DNA of 64,000 nucleotides from a virus (Duplodnaviria; Heunggongvirae; Uroviricota; Caudoviricetes): IMG/VR virus record IMGVR_UViG_3300037067_007156, positions 77,519 to 141,518 of that record; one strand, 5' to 3'. Shown piece by piece: positions 39,995 to 49,037 of this stretch (position 1 is its first letter; each line of letters starts with the position of its first letter). The notes under the pieces were generated by a model. It saw only the letters and a program-made list of their open reading frames with translations, ran no database searches and was not told where the DNA came from. The position numbers and the translations under genes were made by a program.

Positions 39995-40367
39995 AATTTA
40001 CAAAATATTGTATGTAGAAGACGACCCAAACGTAATAACAATGGTCAAAGCGATGTTGGTGGATAAGAAATTTGAAATTGATGTGGCAATGAATGGTTCA
40101 GAAGCAGTAACATTAGCTTTTAGAAAAAAATATGATATCATATTAACCGACATCATGATGCCAATTATGAACGGTCTTGAAGCAGCCAAAACTATTAAGA
40201 ATATGTCACCTAATGTTCCTATATTAGCAGTAACTTCATATGATATTGTTGATTTATCAAAAGATAAACAAATAGATGATGTTTTAAGAAAACCAGTTCG
40301 AAAAGAAGAATTAAAATATAAAATCATCGAAATGATTCATGATTTTGAAATTAAAAAAGAGAGCTAA
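39984..40367 (+). CDS. Single-domain response regulator (CheY-like receiver)
   Basis: ILYVEDD, LTDIMMPIMNG (phosphoacceptor Asp), AVTS, KP all intact. Confidence 0.92.
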   Translation: MVDRIYKILYVEDDPNVITMVKAMLVDKKFEIDVAMNGSEAVTLAFRKKYDIILTDIMMPIMNGLEAAKTIKNMSPNVPILAVTSYDIVDLSKDKQIDDVLRKPVRKEELKYKIIEMIHDFEIKKES

Positions 40368-40380
40368 ATTAGCTCTCTTT
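40356..40380. terminator. Bidirectional terminator
   Basis: AAAGAGAGCTAA-A-TTAGCTCTCTTT between convergent genes. Confidence 0.7.
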
Positions 40381-40513
40381 ATTTTTTAGGTTTCTTTTTC
40401 TTTATATCCAGAATTTCTTCAATTTTAGCTTTGCGCTCTTTTCTAAGTTTTTCTTTCATTAGTCTTTCTGCTTCACTATTATCCCATGTCCACGTTGTTC
40501 CAGTTATAGCCAT
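40379..40513 (-). CDS. 44-aa protein not in the ORF track, with RKAKIEEIL tag
   Basis: MAITGTTWTWDNSEAERLMKEKLRKERKAKIEEILDIKKKKPKK; shares ERKAKIEEILD with 40515-40796. Confidence 0.65.
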   Translation of the reverse strand: MAITGTTWTWDNSEAERLMKEKLRKERKAKIEEILDIKKKKPKK

Positions 40514-40514
40514 T

Positions 40515-40796
40515 TTAAATTAAATCATTTTTATCAAGAATTTCTTCGATTTTAGCTTTACGTTCAGCTCTTAATCTATCTCCATCCGACCAAACAACTT
40601 GTTGTTTATATACCTTACGTTTAACAATCAATTCAGATAACATTTTATTAAACGAATCCATAACCTCTGGTTTAATAGACGACATATCTACGATTTTATC
40701 GATATAATCTAAATAAATTGATGAATCATGCAATAACGAATCTGTTATTTTTAAGTTATCTTTATCTTCCATTCTTAAATATTTTATTAAATACAA
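40515..40796 (-). CDS. Hypothetical protein with RKAKIEEIL tag
   Basis: Ends RLRAERKAKIEEILDKNDLI. Confidence 0.6.
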   Translation of the reverse strand: MYLIKYLRMEDKDNLKITDSLLHDSSIYLDYIDKIVDMSSIKPEVMDSFNKMLSELIVKRKVYKQQVVWSDGDRLRAERKAKIEEILDKNDLI

Positions 40797-40812
40797 ATTT
40801 AATATTTTTATT

Positions 40813-41082
40813 TTAAATCAAATCAAATCCATATATTAAATCTTTTTTAATATCGTCAGTGTTTTTCATTTCAACTTCCTCAAATATTTCCTTTATCTTC
40901 TCACATCTATCTTTTCTCAACTTTTTTTCTTTATAATGAGGGTCTAACTGTTCAGCGATATATTCTGAATAATCAATAATCTTGTCGAGATTATCATCTA
41001 CATATTTCGAATAATTGATAAACTTATCCAGATTTTCTGCTATATATTCTGAATAACTAATACTCTTGTCTATGTTTGTCAT
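40813..41082 (-). CDS. Small protein with three 14-aa DK.I.YSEYIAE repeats and an RxxKIxxIF tag
   Basis: DKSISYSEYIAENL / DKFINYSKYVDDNL / DKIIDYSEYIAEQL, then RCEKIKEIF. Confidence 0.65.
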   Translation of the reverse strand: MTNIDKSISYSEYIAENLDKFINYSKYVDDNLDKIIDYSEYIAEQLDPHYKEKKLRKDRCEKIKEIFEEVEMKNTDDIKKDLIYGFDLI

Positions 41083-41127
41083 ATTTTTTAATATGATTAA
41101 TTTTTATCGATTATAAAATAATGTTAT

Positions 41128-41394
41128 TTATTTAGGTTCATTTTCGAAATGAGTAATTATTTCTTCTTTCATATTTTCAATTTCAGTCGGTAATGGTTCT
41201 TCATCTATTGTTATTACATCAACCCCTGATGAAGCTGAATATGTTGTATAAACAATAATTAATTCATATTCTTTATCAAAAATTTTTATATTTATTGGAA
41301 TTTTTTCAATTTTTTCATTAGTACCAATATTTAATATTTTCATATTATCAAAAATATGGTCATCAAATCTTTCAAAAACTTTAATATATTTCAT
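41128..41394 (-). CDS. Hypothetical protein with CTS-like leader
   Basis: MKYIKVFERF; TTAATATATA motif at 41413-41422. Confidence 0.65.
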   Translation of the reverse strand: MKYIKVFERFDDHIFDNMKILNIGTNEKIEKIPINIKIFDKEYELIIVYTTYSASSGVDVITIDEEPLPTEIENMKEEIITHFENEPK

Positions 41395-41502
41395 AATTTT
41401 ATATTTTTTAGATATATATTAATTAAAAATATTATAAAATTAATTATAAATTAAGTTTATGTCTTTATATCAACATTTGTAATAATTACACAATTCAATT
41501 TG

Positions 41503-41730
41503 TCATTCTTCTACCGTTTTCTTTTTTCTCATGGCTTTAACAAACAATAATAGCTCATCATCTGTCATGTTATAAATGACTTCACCTATATTTGTCAAAT
41601 TAAGATTTCCTCCCCATTTTTTTTCTTCTGTGAGATAAGTAATTTGTTGTCCACCATAATGTGGTGTACCAACCGGAATTATTTTTCCAACTTTAACCAG
41701 ATAATGGATTAATTTATTAGGATGTTTCAT
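41503..41730 (-). CDS. Hypothetical protein
   Basis: 75-aa ORF. Confidence 0.55.
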   Translation of the reverse strand: MKHPNKLIHYLVKVGKIIPVGTPHYGGQQITYLTEEKKWGGNLNLTNIGEVIYNMTDDELLLFVKAMRKKKTVEE

Positions 41731-41772
41731 ATATTTTTTTATTTTAATATAGATAAAAAATAAAACATTGTT

Positions 41773-42600
41773 TTAATTCTTATATCTATAATTGTTAAAT
41801 TTTTTATTTTTAGATAGAATTCTCCAACGTATCGTAGTCACATGCAGATTTAACACTTTTGAAGCGTCACCTAAAGATTTATACTCAACATTATCAATGA
41901 TAATTGGTATATTTTGTTTACCATTATACTTTCCCAACATTCTTTCTCTCGATTTTTTCTTATATTCTTCTGTATGCTTTTTCCCGTAAAACGGGTTTTT
42001 AATTCCAGTTCTTTCTGATGCATTTTTTGATAAGTCATTTTTTAATTTTTTTACAGTTTCCTTATCGAATATATCTTCAAATTTTTTACCTTTTTTATAA
42101 TTAGAATGACTTTCATAATATTCTAATAGTTTTTTACTTAAAATTCTCTTATTTTCACCAGTCCACTTATTCCCATAGTTGGGATTTTTTTCACCTAATA
42201 ATGATAAACATCGTTTTTGTTTTTCTTCTTCAGACATGTTTTCATATCTCTTTATAAGTGCATTTGATATATTTTGTACTATAATTTCTCTATTAGGATT
42301 GTTTGATATATTATCACCACCTTTAGCTGTTTTTGCTATGTTATATTTTGGTTTTAATGAATCTAAATAAAATTGTTCTCTTATTAAAAGTTTTTCTTTT
42401 TCACATAATTCTATAATATCAAATTCAAAAACACCAATTCCATATTTATTAAAAACTCTTTGTAAATAAATATTATTATGTTTTTTCCTATCTAAATCAT
42501 AAATATGTCTTTGCCAACGTTTTTCGATGTGATAGGATGACCCGATATAAAAATCATTTGTTTCATTATTTTTTATTTTATAAATACCACATTTAAACAT
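41773..42600 (-). CDS. GIY-YIG homing endonuclease with NUMOD3 motifs (Seg/I-TevI-like)
   Basis: CGIYKIKN....FYIGSS...RW..H...E..Y...YN; NPFYGKKHTEE. Confidence 0.9.
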   Translation of the reverse strand: MFKCGIYKIKNNETNDFYIGSSYHIEKRWQRHIYDLDRKKHNNIYLQRVFNKYGIGVFEFDIIELCEKEKLLIREQFYLDSLKPKYNIAKTAKGGDNISNNPNREIIVQNISNALIKRYENMSEEEKQKRCLSLLGEKNPNYGNKWTGENKRILSKKLLEYYESHSNYKKGKKFEDIFDKETVKKLKNDLSKNASERTGIKNPFYGKKHTEEYKKKSRERMLGKYNGKQNIPIIIDNVEYKSLGDASKVLNLHVTTIRWRILSKNKKFNNYRYKN

Positions 42601-42603
42601 AAA

Positions 42604-42644
42604 AACCTCATTCTTTTCAATTTATATATTAAAAGAATGAGGTT
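42604..42644 (-). promoter_or_regulatory. Start-occluding hairpin with a late promoter motif in its loop
   Basis: 14-bp stem AACCTCATTCTTTT/AAAAGAATGAGGTT ending 3 nt before the ATG; TTAATATATA at 42623-42632. Confidence 0.65.
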
Positions 42645-42667
42645 CTAATATGAATATTATTAATACT

Positions 42668-43633
42668 TTACACTGCTATCGGAACATTTTTCCAGTTAGG
42701 ATATGGGTCATATCCAACAATTTCAAAATCTTCATATTTAAAATCGTATATACTATCAACTTTTCTTTTAATTTTAAGTTGTGGTAGAGGTCTGGGTGTT
42801 CTTGTTAATTGTTCATTGATATATTTAATATGGTTAACATATAAATGAACATCACCCATGAATGTTGTCAATTCACCAACTACATGGTTTGTTACGTGTG
42901 CCAACATATGAGTTAAGAAGGCATAGGAAGCAAAATTAAATGGATTTCCTAACATGTAATCATTACTTCTTTGGTTATAAGCTAAAGACAAAACACGTTT
43001 TGGAAAATTAAAATATTCCATCGCATCTTCAATACTCATACCTGTATCATCTATTTTGTTTTCACTAACCCATTTTTTAAACAACTCCTGTCTTTTATCA
43101 TCAGACAATAAAGAACTATAACATTGAAAACCATAGTGGCAAGGTGGAAGATTAGCTTCTTCTAACAATGATGGATTCCAAGCTGTTACTATCATCCTTC
43201 TATCTTCTGGTTTATTTATTAATTTATTAATTAATTCATCTATTTGATTGATAAAAACTTTCTTATAAAGTCCGTTCTCAACTTCAATATATTTTTCCCA
43301 GTGTGTCCATAGATACCCGTATACTTTACCAAGATTACCATCAGGGTCACACCACTCATTCCAAATTGAAACCCCATTATCTTTTAAATATTTGATATTA
43401 GTCATCGGTAGATTTGAATATTTTTCATCTTTCATATGACAACCCAAAAACCATAGTAACTCATGCACGACGGATTTTAAATGTATGCGCTTCGTTGTAA
43501 CAAGTGGGAATCCATCTTGTAAATTAAACTTTAAAGCTTCTCCAAATATAGCATATGTATCAACACCTGTACGATTGGATTTGAGGACACCTTCATCTTT
43601 TATTTTTTTCATTAAATCTAAATACTGTTTCAT
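42668..43633 (-). CDS. thyA: Thymidylate synthase
   Basis: FPLVTTK, ELLWF, RRMIVTAWNP, LPPCH, QRS.D..LG.PFN.ASY, GDVHLY.NH. Confidence 0.96.
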   Translation of the reverse strand: MKQYLDLMKKIKDEGVLKSNRTGVDTYAIFGEALKFNLQDGFPLVTTKRIHLKSVVHELLWFLGCHMKDEKYSNLPMTNIKYLKDNGVSIWNEWCDPDGNLGKVYGYLWTHWEKYIEVENGLYKKVFINQIDELINKLINKPEDRRMIVTAWNPSLLEEANLPPCHYGFQCYSSLLSDDKRQELFKKWVSENKIDDTGMSIEDAMEYFNFPKRVLSLAYNQRSNDYMLGNPFNFASYAFLTHMLAHVTNHVVGELTTFMGDVHLYVNHIKYINEQLTRTPRPLPQLKIKRKVDSIYDFKYEDFEIVGYDPYPNWKNVPIAV

Positions 43634-44106
43634 TCTTTTATTTTATTATTTTTTAAAAAATTTTCAATAAATAATTGAAAATTTTCTGGTAATTCTGATT
43701 GTCTGCCAAGATTTGCAAATTGTGTTGTCAATACAACATTATCTTTAGTATAACCACCAGAATTGTCTATCCTATCTATACTTGGCCTTCTTAATTTATC
43801 ATTCAATGAAAAATCAATTGGAATTTTTAACCAATAACATAAATCATTTTGTTTTTCTTTTAATTCTAACAAAAATTCTTTATCAATATCATTGTCTTTA
43901 TTTGAGGTTTTACTTCGACACCTAATCGAAGTAAGTATATTTTCATACCATTTCCTACCATTTTTTTCCCGATAATGTTTGTGTTCTAAATTATTACATG
44001 TTTTACAGATTGAATAAAATCCATCTTTAGATTTTGTATATTTACTAAAATAATCTATTGTAACAGGATATTCTATTCCACATTTGATACAACGTTTTAA
44101 TTCCAA
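43630..44106 (-). CDS. Putative HNH-like endonuclease
   Basis: KRC.KCG..CK.C zinc site; PSIDRIDNS.GYTKDNVVL. Confidence 0.7.
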   Translation of the reverse strand: MELKRCIKCGIEYPVTIDYFSKYTKSKDGFYSICKTCNNLEHKHYREKNGRKWYENILTSIRCRSKTSNKDNDIDKEFLLELKEKQNDLCYWLKIPIDFSLNDKLRRPSIDRIDNSGGYTKDNVVLTTQFANLGRQSELPENFQLFIENFLKNNKIKE

Positions 44107-44159
44107 ACCATATTTTTGTTTTTTAAAAGTTTTAATTTAGGGATATTCTATTCCACATG

Positions 44160-44280
44160 AACACAGCAACTCTGTCTGTTATTTATTGGACTTCGATATT
44201 TACCTGTGGTAGCCGTTTTAAGTCTTTAAGTAGGTTTCGCAACCATTCAGCACCCCCATCTCCTTTTCCGAGATTAAATT
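44160..44280 (-). ncRNA. Candidate structured RNA
   Basis: GC-enriched intergenic island with stems ATCTC/GAGAT, GGTT-GCGA-AACC, GACTT/AAGTC and TACC-ACA-GGTA. Confidence 0.4.
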
Positions 44281-44337
44281 AAAACAATTATTATTTTATG
44301 ATATATAAAATATTAAATAAAAAGTTTTAGTTTTTAA

Positions 44338-45411
44338 ATGAAAAAATATACAACATTAGAATTTATAACAAAAGTTAATGAAATTCATAAAAATAAATAC
44401 TCTTATGAAAAATCTGTTTATATTAATAATACTACTGAATTAATTATAACTTGTAAAACACATGGAGATTTTGAGCAACGACCAACTGACCACTTACAAG
44501 GATGTGGTTGTCCATACTGTGCTGGAAATATTAAGAAAACTAATGAAAAATTTGCACAAGAAGCAAATATTATTCATAATAACAAATTTGATTATTCATT
44601 AGTTAATTATGAATCAAATCATGAAAATATAATTATTATATGTCCAACACATGGAATTTTTCATCAATTACCAAAACATCATTTAAATGGTGAAGGTTGT
44701 CCAGAGTGTGCTTATGACAATTTTAGAATGACAAAAAAAGAATTTATAAATAGGTCATTTGAGAAAAATGGTGATGTTTTTGATTATTCATTGGTTGTTT
44801 TTAAGAAAAATAGTGATTTAGTTACACTTATTTGTAAAAAACATAAATATGAATTTAAAAGAACTGTATCAAATATATTAGAAGGTGTTAATTGTCCTCT
44901 TTGTTCTGGAAGAGTAAATAATACTGAAGAATTAATATATAAATGTAATATTGTACATAATAATAAATATTCTTATTTAAAAACTATATACAAAAATACA
45001 AATGAAATTATAATCGTAACATGTAAAGAACATGGTGATTTTGAAGTAACACCAAAATATCATATTCAAGGTCGAGGTTGTTTAAAATGTTTAGAAAGTA
45101 AAAATGTTTATAATATTTCAAAATACTTAGATGATAATAATATTAAATACGTAAAAGAATATAAATTTAATGATTGTAAATATATAAATGTCTTACGGTT
45201 TGATTTCTTTTTACCAGATTATAATTGTTGTATAGAATATGATGGTCAACAACATTTCAGAGCAAGCAAACGATTTGGTGGTGAAGAAAATTTAAAAATA
45301 GTAAAAATAAGAGATTCTATTAAAGACGAATATTGTAAAAACAACAATATAAAATTAATTAGAATCTCTTATTTGGATAATATTTATGAAAAATTAAATC
45401 TTATTATTTAA
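44338..45411 (+). CDS. Putative homing endonuclease (H.NKY.Y repeats plus Vsr-like PD-(D/E)xK domain)
   Basis: Repeated F...A...H.NKYDY...Y......I.C..HG.F.....H..G.GC..C; LRFDFFL...IEYDGQQH. Confidence 0.78.
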   Translation: MKKYTTLEFITKVNEIHKNKYSYEKSVYINNTTELIITCKTHGDFEQRPTDHLQGCGCPYCAGNIKKTNEKFAQEANIIHNNKFDYSLVNYESNHENIIIICPTHGIFHQLPKHHLNGEGCPECAYDNFRMTKKEFINRSFEKNGDVFDYSLVVFKKNSDLVTLICKKHKYEFKRTVSNILEGVNCPLCSGRVNNTEELIYKCNIVHNNKYSYLKTIYKNTNEIIIVTCKEHGDFEVTPKYHIQGRGCLKCLESKNVYNISKYLDDNNIKYVKEYKFNDCKYINVLRFDFFLPDYNCCIEYDGQQHFRASKRFGGEENLKIVKIRDSIKDEYCKNNNIKLIRISYLDNIYEKLNLII

Positions 45412-46615
45412 CGATACTTCTATAAAAATCCGCACGTTTTTTATTTACAACTCTCATATCATAATTAGTTTTCACATATTCATATAAATTGTTACCATAT
45501 TCTTTAACTGCTTCTGGGTTTTGTGAGAACCATTTCATTTTCTGATACCAACCATCTTTATCATTTTCATCAATCAAAAAACCTTTTGGCTTACCATCTT
45601 TTTTTCCTTCGATATCATCTAATGTATATGAACCATAATTTGAAGCAATAATTGGACATTTATGAGCACCGGACTCTACTATCTTTAAACCGCTTTTTAC
45701 AAAATTAAATTTAACACCAGATTTAATAGGTGCTAATGTAACATCAGCTTCATTGTATTGAGTACCATATAGTAAAATGGGTTTAGTCCACCTACGTTGG
45801 TAAAATTCATTTATATATTTCGGATTAACACCATAAGTATCTTTGCCACCATCTTCATATTTTCTTAACCATTGAAAATATTCAGTATCTTTAATATATC
45901 TTAAATCGTTGGTAAATATATCTTCAAAAAAAGTCCACTGATTACTTCTCCAATCAGATTTAGCCATACCTTCTTTGGTTCTCATTCTTAAATCAAAACC
46001 ACACAAGTATAACTGACATTTTTCGAGAAATTCTTTGTCGAATTTTTTAAAAGAAGGATGTAATAATCTCAAATCTGGCAAATGTGTAATACCACCACCC
46101 CATAAAAATCTAATTTTATTAGATTGAACTTTTTTATCCAACCACTGAAATTCTTTTAAATTTACAGCATTTGGCATTACTATTACATTTGGGTTTATTT
46201 CTTTAATTTCTTCAGCAAAAATAGGTGTAGTAGTAGTGACATAATCAGCACCTCTCAGTTCACTTAATACAGAATCTTTACCATTATTTTGAACCCAACT
46301 CTTATAATTTACATGACTACTATCCAAATCCCAATGGTCATCAATATCAAAAACCAGTTTAATATTATATTTCTTTAAAATGTTTTTAAAAGTTATTTTT
46401 TTTATTTCATCTGAAAACGGTATTTTTTTATTATAAAAAATGATGTTATACTGTTTTAAGAAATTTTCATCTAACATGGGAAGTGTGTGGTCACTTAAAT
46501 TTCTTATATCAACATCAATATTTTCTTCATCTAAAATTGAGTGTGGTGCTAATACTCTATGATATCCAACACCGTCATTATCGACATTTATTACTAATAT
46601 TTTTAAATTTGACAT
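45404..46615 (-). CDS. GT-B fold glycosyltransferase (GT4-like)
   Basis: GVGYHRV, ..FDIDDHW, TTTP, MPNAVN, KSGLKIVESGA..CPIIASN. Confidence 0.75.
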   Translation of the reverse strand: MSNLKILVINVDNDGVGYHRVLAPHSILDEENIDVDIRNLSDHTLPMLDENFLKQYNIIFYNKKIPFSDEIKKITFKNILKKYNIKLVFDIDDHWDLDSSHVNYKSWVQNNGKDSVLSELRGADYVTTTTPIFAEEIKEINPNVIVMPNAVNLKEFQWLDKKVQSNKIRFLWGGGITHLPDLRLLHPSFKKFDKEFLEKCQLYLCGFDLRMRTKEGMAKSDWRSNQWTFFEDIFTNDLRYIKDTEYFQWLRKYEDGGKDTYGVNPKYINEFYQRRWTKPILLYGTQYNEADVTLAPIKSGVKFNFVKSGLKIVESGAHKCPIIASNYGSYTLDDIEGKKDGKPKGFLIDENDKDGWYQKMKWFSQNPEAVKEYGNNLYEYVKTNYDMRVVNKKRADFYRSIVK

Positions 46616-46704
46616 TCACTTATAATTATTTTTTATTATAAATTCTCTGAACTTACAATTATTAATATATAGACATGACTAATAAAAAAGTTTAATATAT
46701 TTTT

Positions 46705-47592
46705 ATGATAATTTCAAATTTTGTTTATATTACTATTCATAATAAAGTTAAATTAACATATATCAGAAAAAAATTCAATCTACAAAATATTCAAATCGAA
46801 GAAACAGTCAAAATACCGATTAAAGAATTACCGATTAACTCACATGAAAATGTTTTAGTAAAATGTGACAATTGTGGGACTGAAAAATTAGTGAGATATC
46901 AAGCTTATAACAAATGCACAAAAAATAATTCAGAACCATATTTCTGTAATCGAAGAGAATGTATAAATAAAAAAAGAGAAACTGCACTATTAAAAAAATA
47001 TAATATCACTAATGTATTTAAATTAGAAAGTGTAAAAGATGAAATTAAAAAAACAAACATTAAAAACTTAGGTGTAGAAAATCCACAACAAAATATACAT
47101 ATAAAACTTAAAACAGAAAGAACCAATGAAAAGATATATGGTTGTAAAAATGTTTTTCAAAATGAAAAAATAAAAGAACAAATTAAAAAAACAAATAATG
47201 ATAAATATGGTGTAAATTACCCATTACAAAATAAAAATATATTTTATAAAAATAAAAAATCGGCATTAACAATAAAACAATATAAGAATACAGATTTATA
47301 CTACCAAGGTTCTTATGAATTAGATTTTCTCGATAACTATTACAACCACTTTAAAATATTAAACGGATTGAGTTTCAATTATACACATAAAGATAAATTA
47401 AAAATATACCACAGTGATTTTTATTTACCAGAAATTAATTTAATCATAGAAATTAAAAACTCTTATTTATACAACAGAGATTATGATATTATATTAGAAA
47501 AGGAAAAGGTTGTAAAACAGCATGGTTATAATTACATTTTAATTTTAGATAAAAATTATACAGAATTTAATAATTCAATTTTAAAACATTAG
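46705..47592 (+). CDS. Putative homing endonuclease (same family as 34190-35179)
   Basis: VKCDNCG; K.TN...YG..N repeats; YHSDFYL....IIEIK. Confidence 0.7.
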   Translation: MIISNFVYITIHNKVKLTYIRKKFNLQNIQIEETVKIPIKELPINSHENVLVKCDNCGTEKLVRYQAYNKCTKNNSEPYFCNRRECINKKRETALLKKYNITNVFKLESVKDEIKKTNIKNLGVENPQQNIHIKLKTERTNEKIYGCKNVFQNEKIKEQIKKTNNDKYGVNYPLQNKNIFYKNKKSALTIKQYKNTDLYYQGSYELDFLDNYYNHFKILNGLSFNYTHKDKLKIYHSDFYLPEINLIIEIKNSYLYNRDYDIILEKEKVVKQHGYNYILILDKNYTEFNNSILKH

Positions 47593-47648
47593 AAACATAA
47601 AATAATATATAAGAAGAATTAAAAAATAAAAACAAATTATAAATTATT

Positions 47649-47828
47649 ATGAAAAAATCATTTTTATTAACATCTGTTATTGCGATTGTATTAGTGTTAG
47701 CTTGTAACAATTCGTCTACTGTTAAAACTGAAAATGTAGATAGTGTCGCTGTTGATTCAGTTAATTATGTAGTAGATACTAACATAGCTACTATAACAGA
47801 CTCAGTTTTCACCGATTTTATTAAATAA
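47649..47828 (+). CDS. 59-aa lipoprotein not in the ORF track
   Basis: MKKSFLLTSVIAIVLVLA-C lipobox; VDSVAVDS tract; followed by a terminator. Confidence 0.7.
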   Translation: MKKSFLLTSVIAIVLVLACNNSSTVKTENVDSVAVDSVNYVVDTNIATITDSVFTDFIK

Positions 47829-47856
47829 TTGCGAACATGTAATACTTTTAAAACGT

Positions 47857-47885
47857 AAAAGGTCAGAATTTTTCTGACCTTTTTA
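47857..47885 (+). terminator. Intrinsic terminator
   Basis: AAAAGGTCAGAA-TTT-TTCTGACCTTTTT. Confidence 0.75.
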
Positions 47886-47981
47886 TTTTTATCGATATAA
47901 ACATAACCTTTCTCTTGTAAATACAGTATAAAAGGGTTCATTGAGATTAATAATCTTAATTAAAAAATAATCCAAACCCTA

Positions 47982-48173
47982 ATGAAAAAAACCATTGTTA
48001 TTTATTTTGTACTTGTAATAATACTATTATTAACATTTCGTGAATTTAAACAAGAACCAACATTGAAAATAGTAACCGAAAAAACTGATACAATACGAGA
48101 TTATTCAGTTTTAAACGATACTATTATCCTTGACGAAGTTATAATCGTTGGTTATAAAAAATCATTGAAATAA
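47982..48173 (+). CDS. Small membrane/secreted protein
   Basis: N-terminal hydrophobic segment; LDEVIIVG tail. Confidence 0.55.
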   Translation: MKKTIVIYFVLVIILLLTFREFKQEPTLKIVTEKTDTIRDYSVLNDTIILDEVIIVGYKKSLK

Positions 48174-48209
48174 ATTTTCATTAAAAAGGTTATAAATTAA
48201 TATAACCTT

Positions 48210-49037
48210 TTATTTTTTAAATTCATTAAAACGTTTAATATGTTTAAGATTCTCGGTTATTATATTGGTAATATGTTTTATTTTTAAATCATCCTTTAAC
48301 ATATATAAAATATTCTGCAATTCTTTAAAATTTTCATCTGTATATCCCCATATTATCATAAAATCTTTAAAAGAATTTATTTTATCCATATCATCTACTA
48401 AATCTGGGTCAGTGTCATCAAGAAAATTTTTATATTCGTAACTTATATCATAAAAGTAGTTCAAATCACCATTAATAGCTGTGATAACACCATCTAATGA
48501 TATTTTTTTATTATAAATATAATGTCTAACAGTTTGTAATAACCATTCAGCAAATTTATCTGTTACAGTAATATTTAAATCGTCATCAATAACCTTTTGT
48601 ATTTCTTCTTTTGTTTTTAATTCGGGATTTTTAGAAACCTCTTTTATATTTTTATTTAGATATTCTTTAGTTTTCCACACTTCATCTGTATCCAAATACA
48701 AATCACCGTCTGATTCAGTTTCACCAGCACCATTAACCAACAAACATCTTGGGTCAACAATCATAGTTAAAACTTCACCATTTCCTTTTTCACCTTTTTG
48801 TTCAGCTCTTATAGTTGCATAATTCCAGACATTATCAAATTCATCACCATATTCACCATCATCAGTATGGAAAAAGAAACCATCTTTAAAGTGTTTAGTT
48901 GATTCTATTTGTTTAGCAGCGAAGTTACTTGTGCCGTGATATACAATAATATTATTCTTAGTATCTTTCTGAAAAGTAAATCCGTGCCTTTTGGCACTAT
49001 CCATTAAACTTTCTATACCTTCTTGTTTAGATATCAT
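48210..49037 (-). CDS. ADP-ribosyltransferase-like (YHGT) protein with a C-terminal CTS-like peptide
   Basis: IVYHGTS...GFFF; ends ITENLKHIKRFNEFKK. Confidence 0.6.
   Translation of the reverse strand: MISKQEGIESLMDSAKRHGFTFQKDTKNNIIVYHGTSNFAAKQIESTKHFKDGFFFHTDDGEYGDEFDNVWNYATIRAEQKGEKGNGEVLTMIVDPRCLLVNGAGETESDGDLYLDTDEVWKTKEYLNKNIKEVSKNPELKTKEEIQKVIDDDLNITVTDKFAEWLLQTVRHYIYNKKISLDGVITAINGDLNYFYDISYEYKNFLDDTDPDLVDDMDKINSFKDFMIIWGYTDENFKELQNILYMLKDDLKIKHITNIITENLKHIKRFNEFKK

Noticed and set aside
42668-43633. thyA as a dCMP hydroxymethylase or intron-split gene
   Set aside because: The specificity Asn is retained and the ORF is continuous.
44160-44280. tRNA, tmRNA, hammerhead or complete group I intron
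   Set aside because: No cloverleaf or T-loop, no CUGANGA core, no space for P4-P5; kept only as an unclassified candidate.
46505-46519. 15-nt match to the reverse complement of spacer 3
   Set aside because: Only half the spacer matches, which is plausible by chance in AT-rich DNA.
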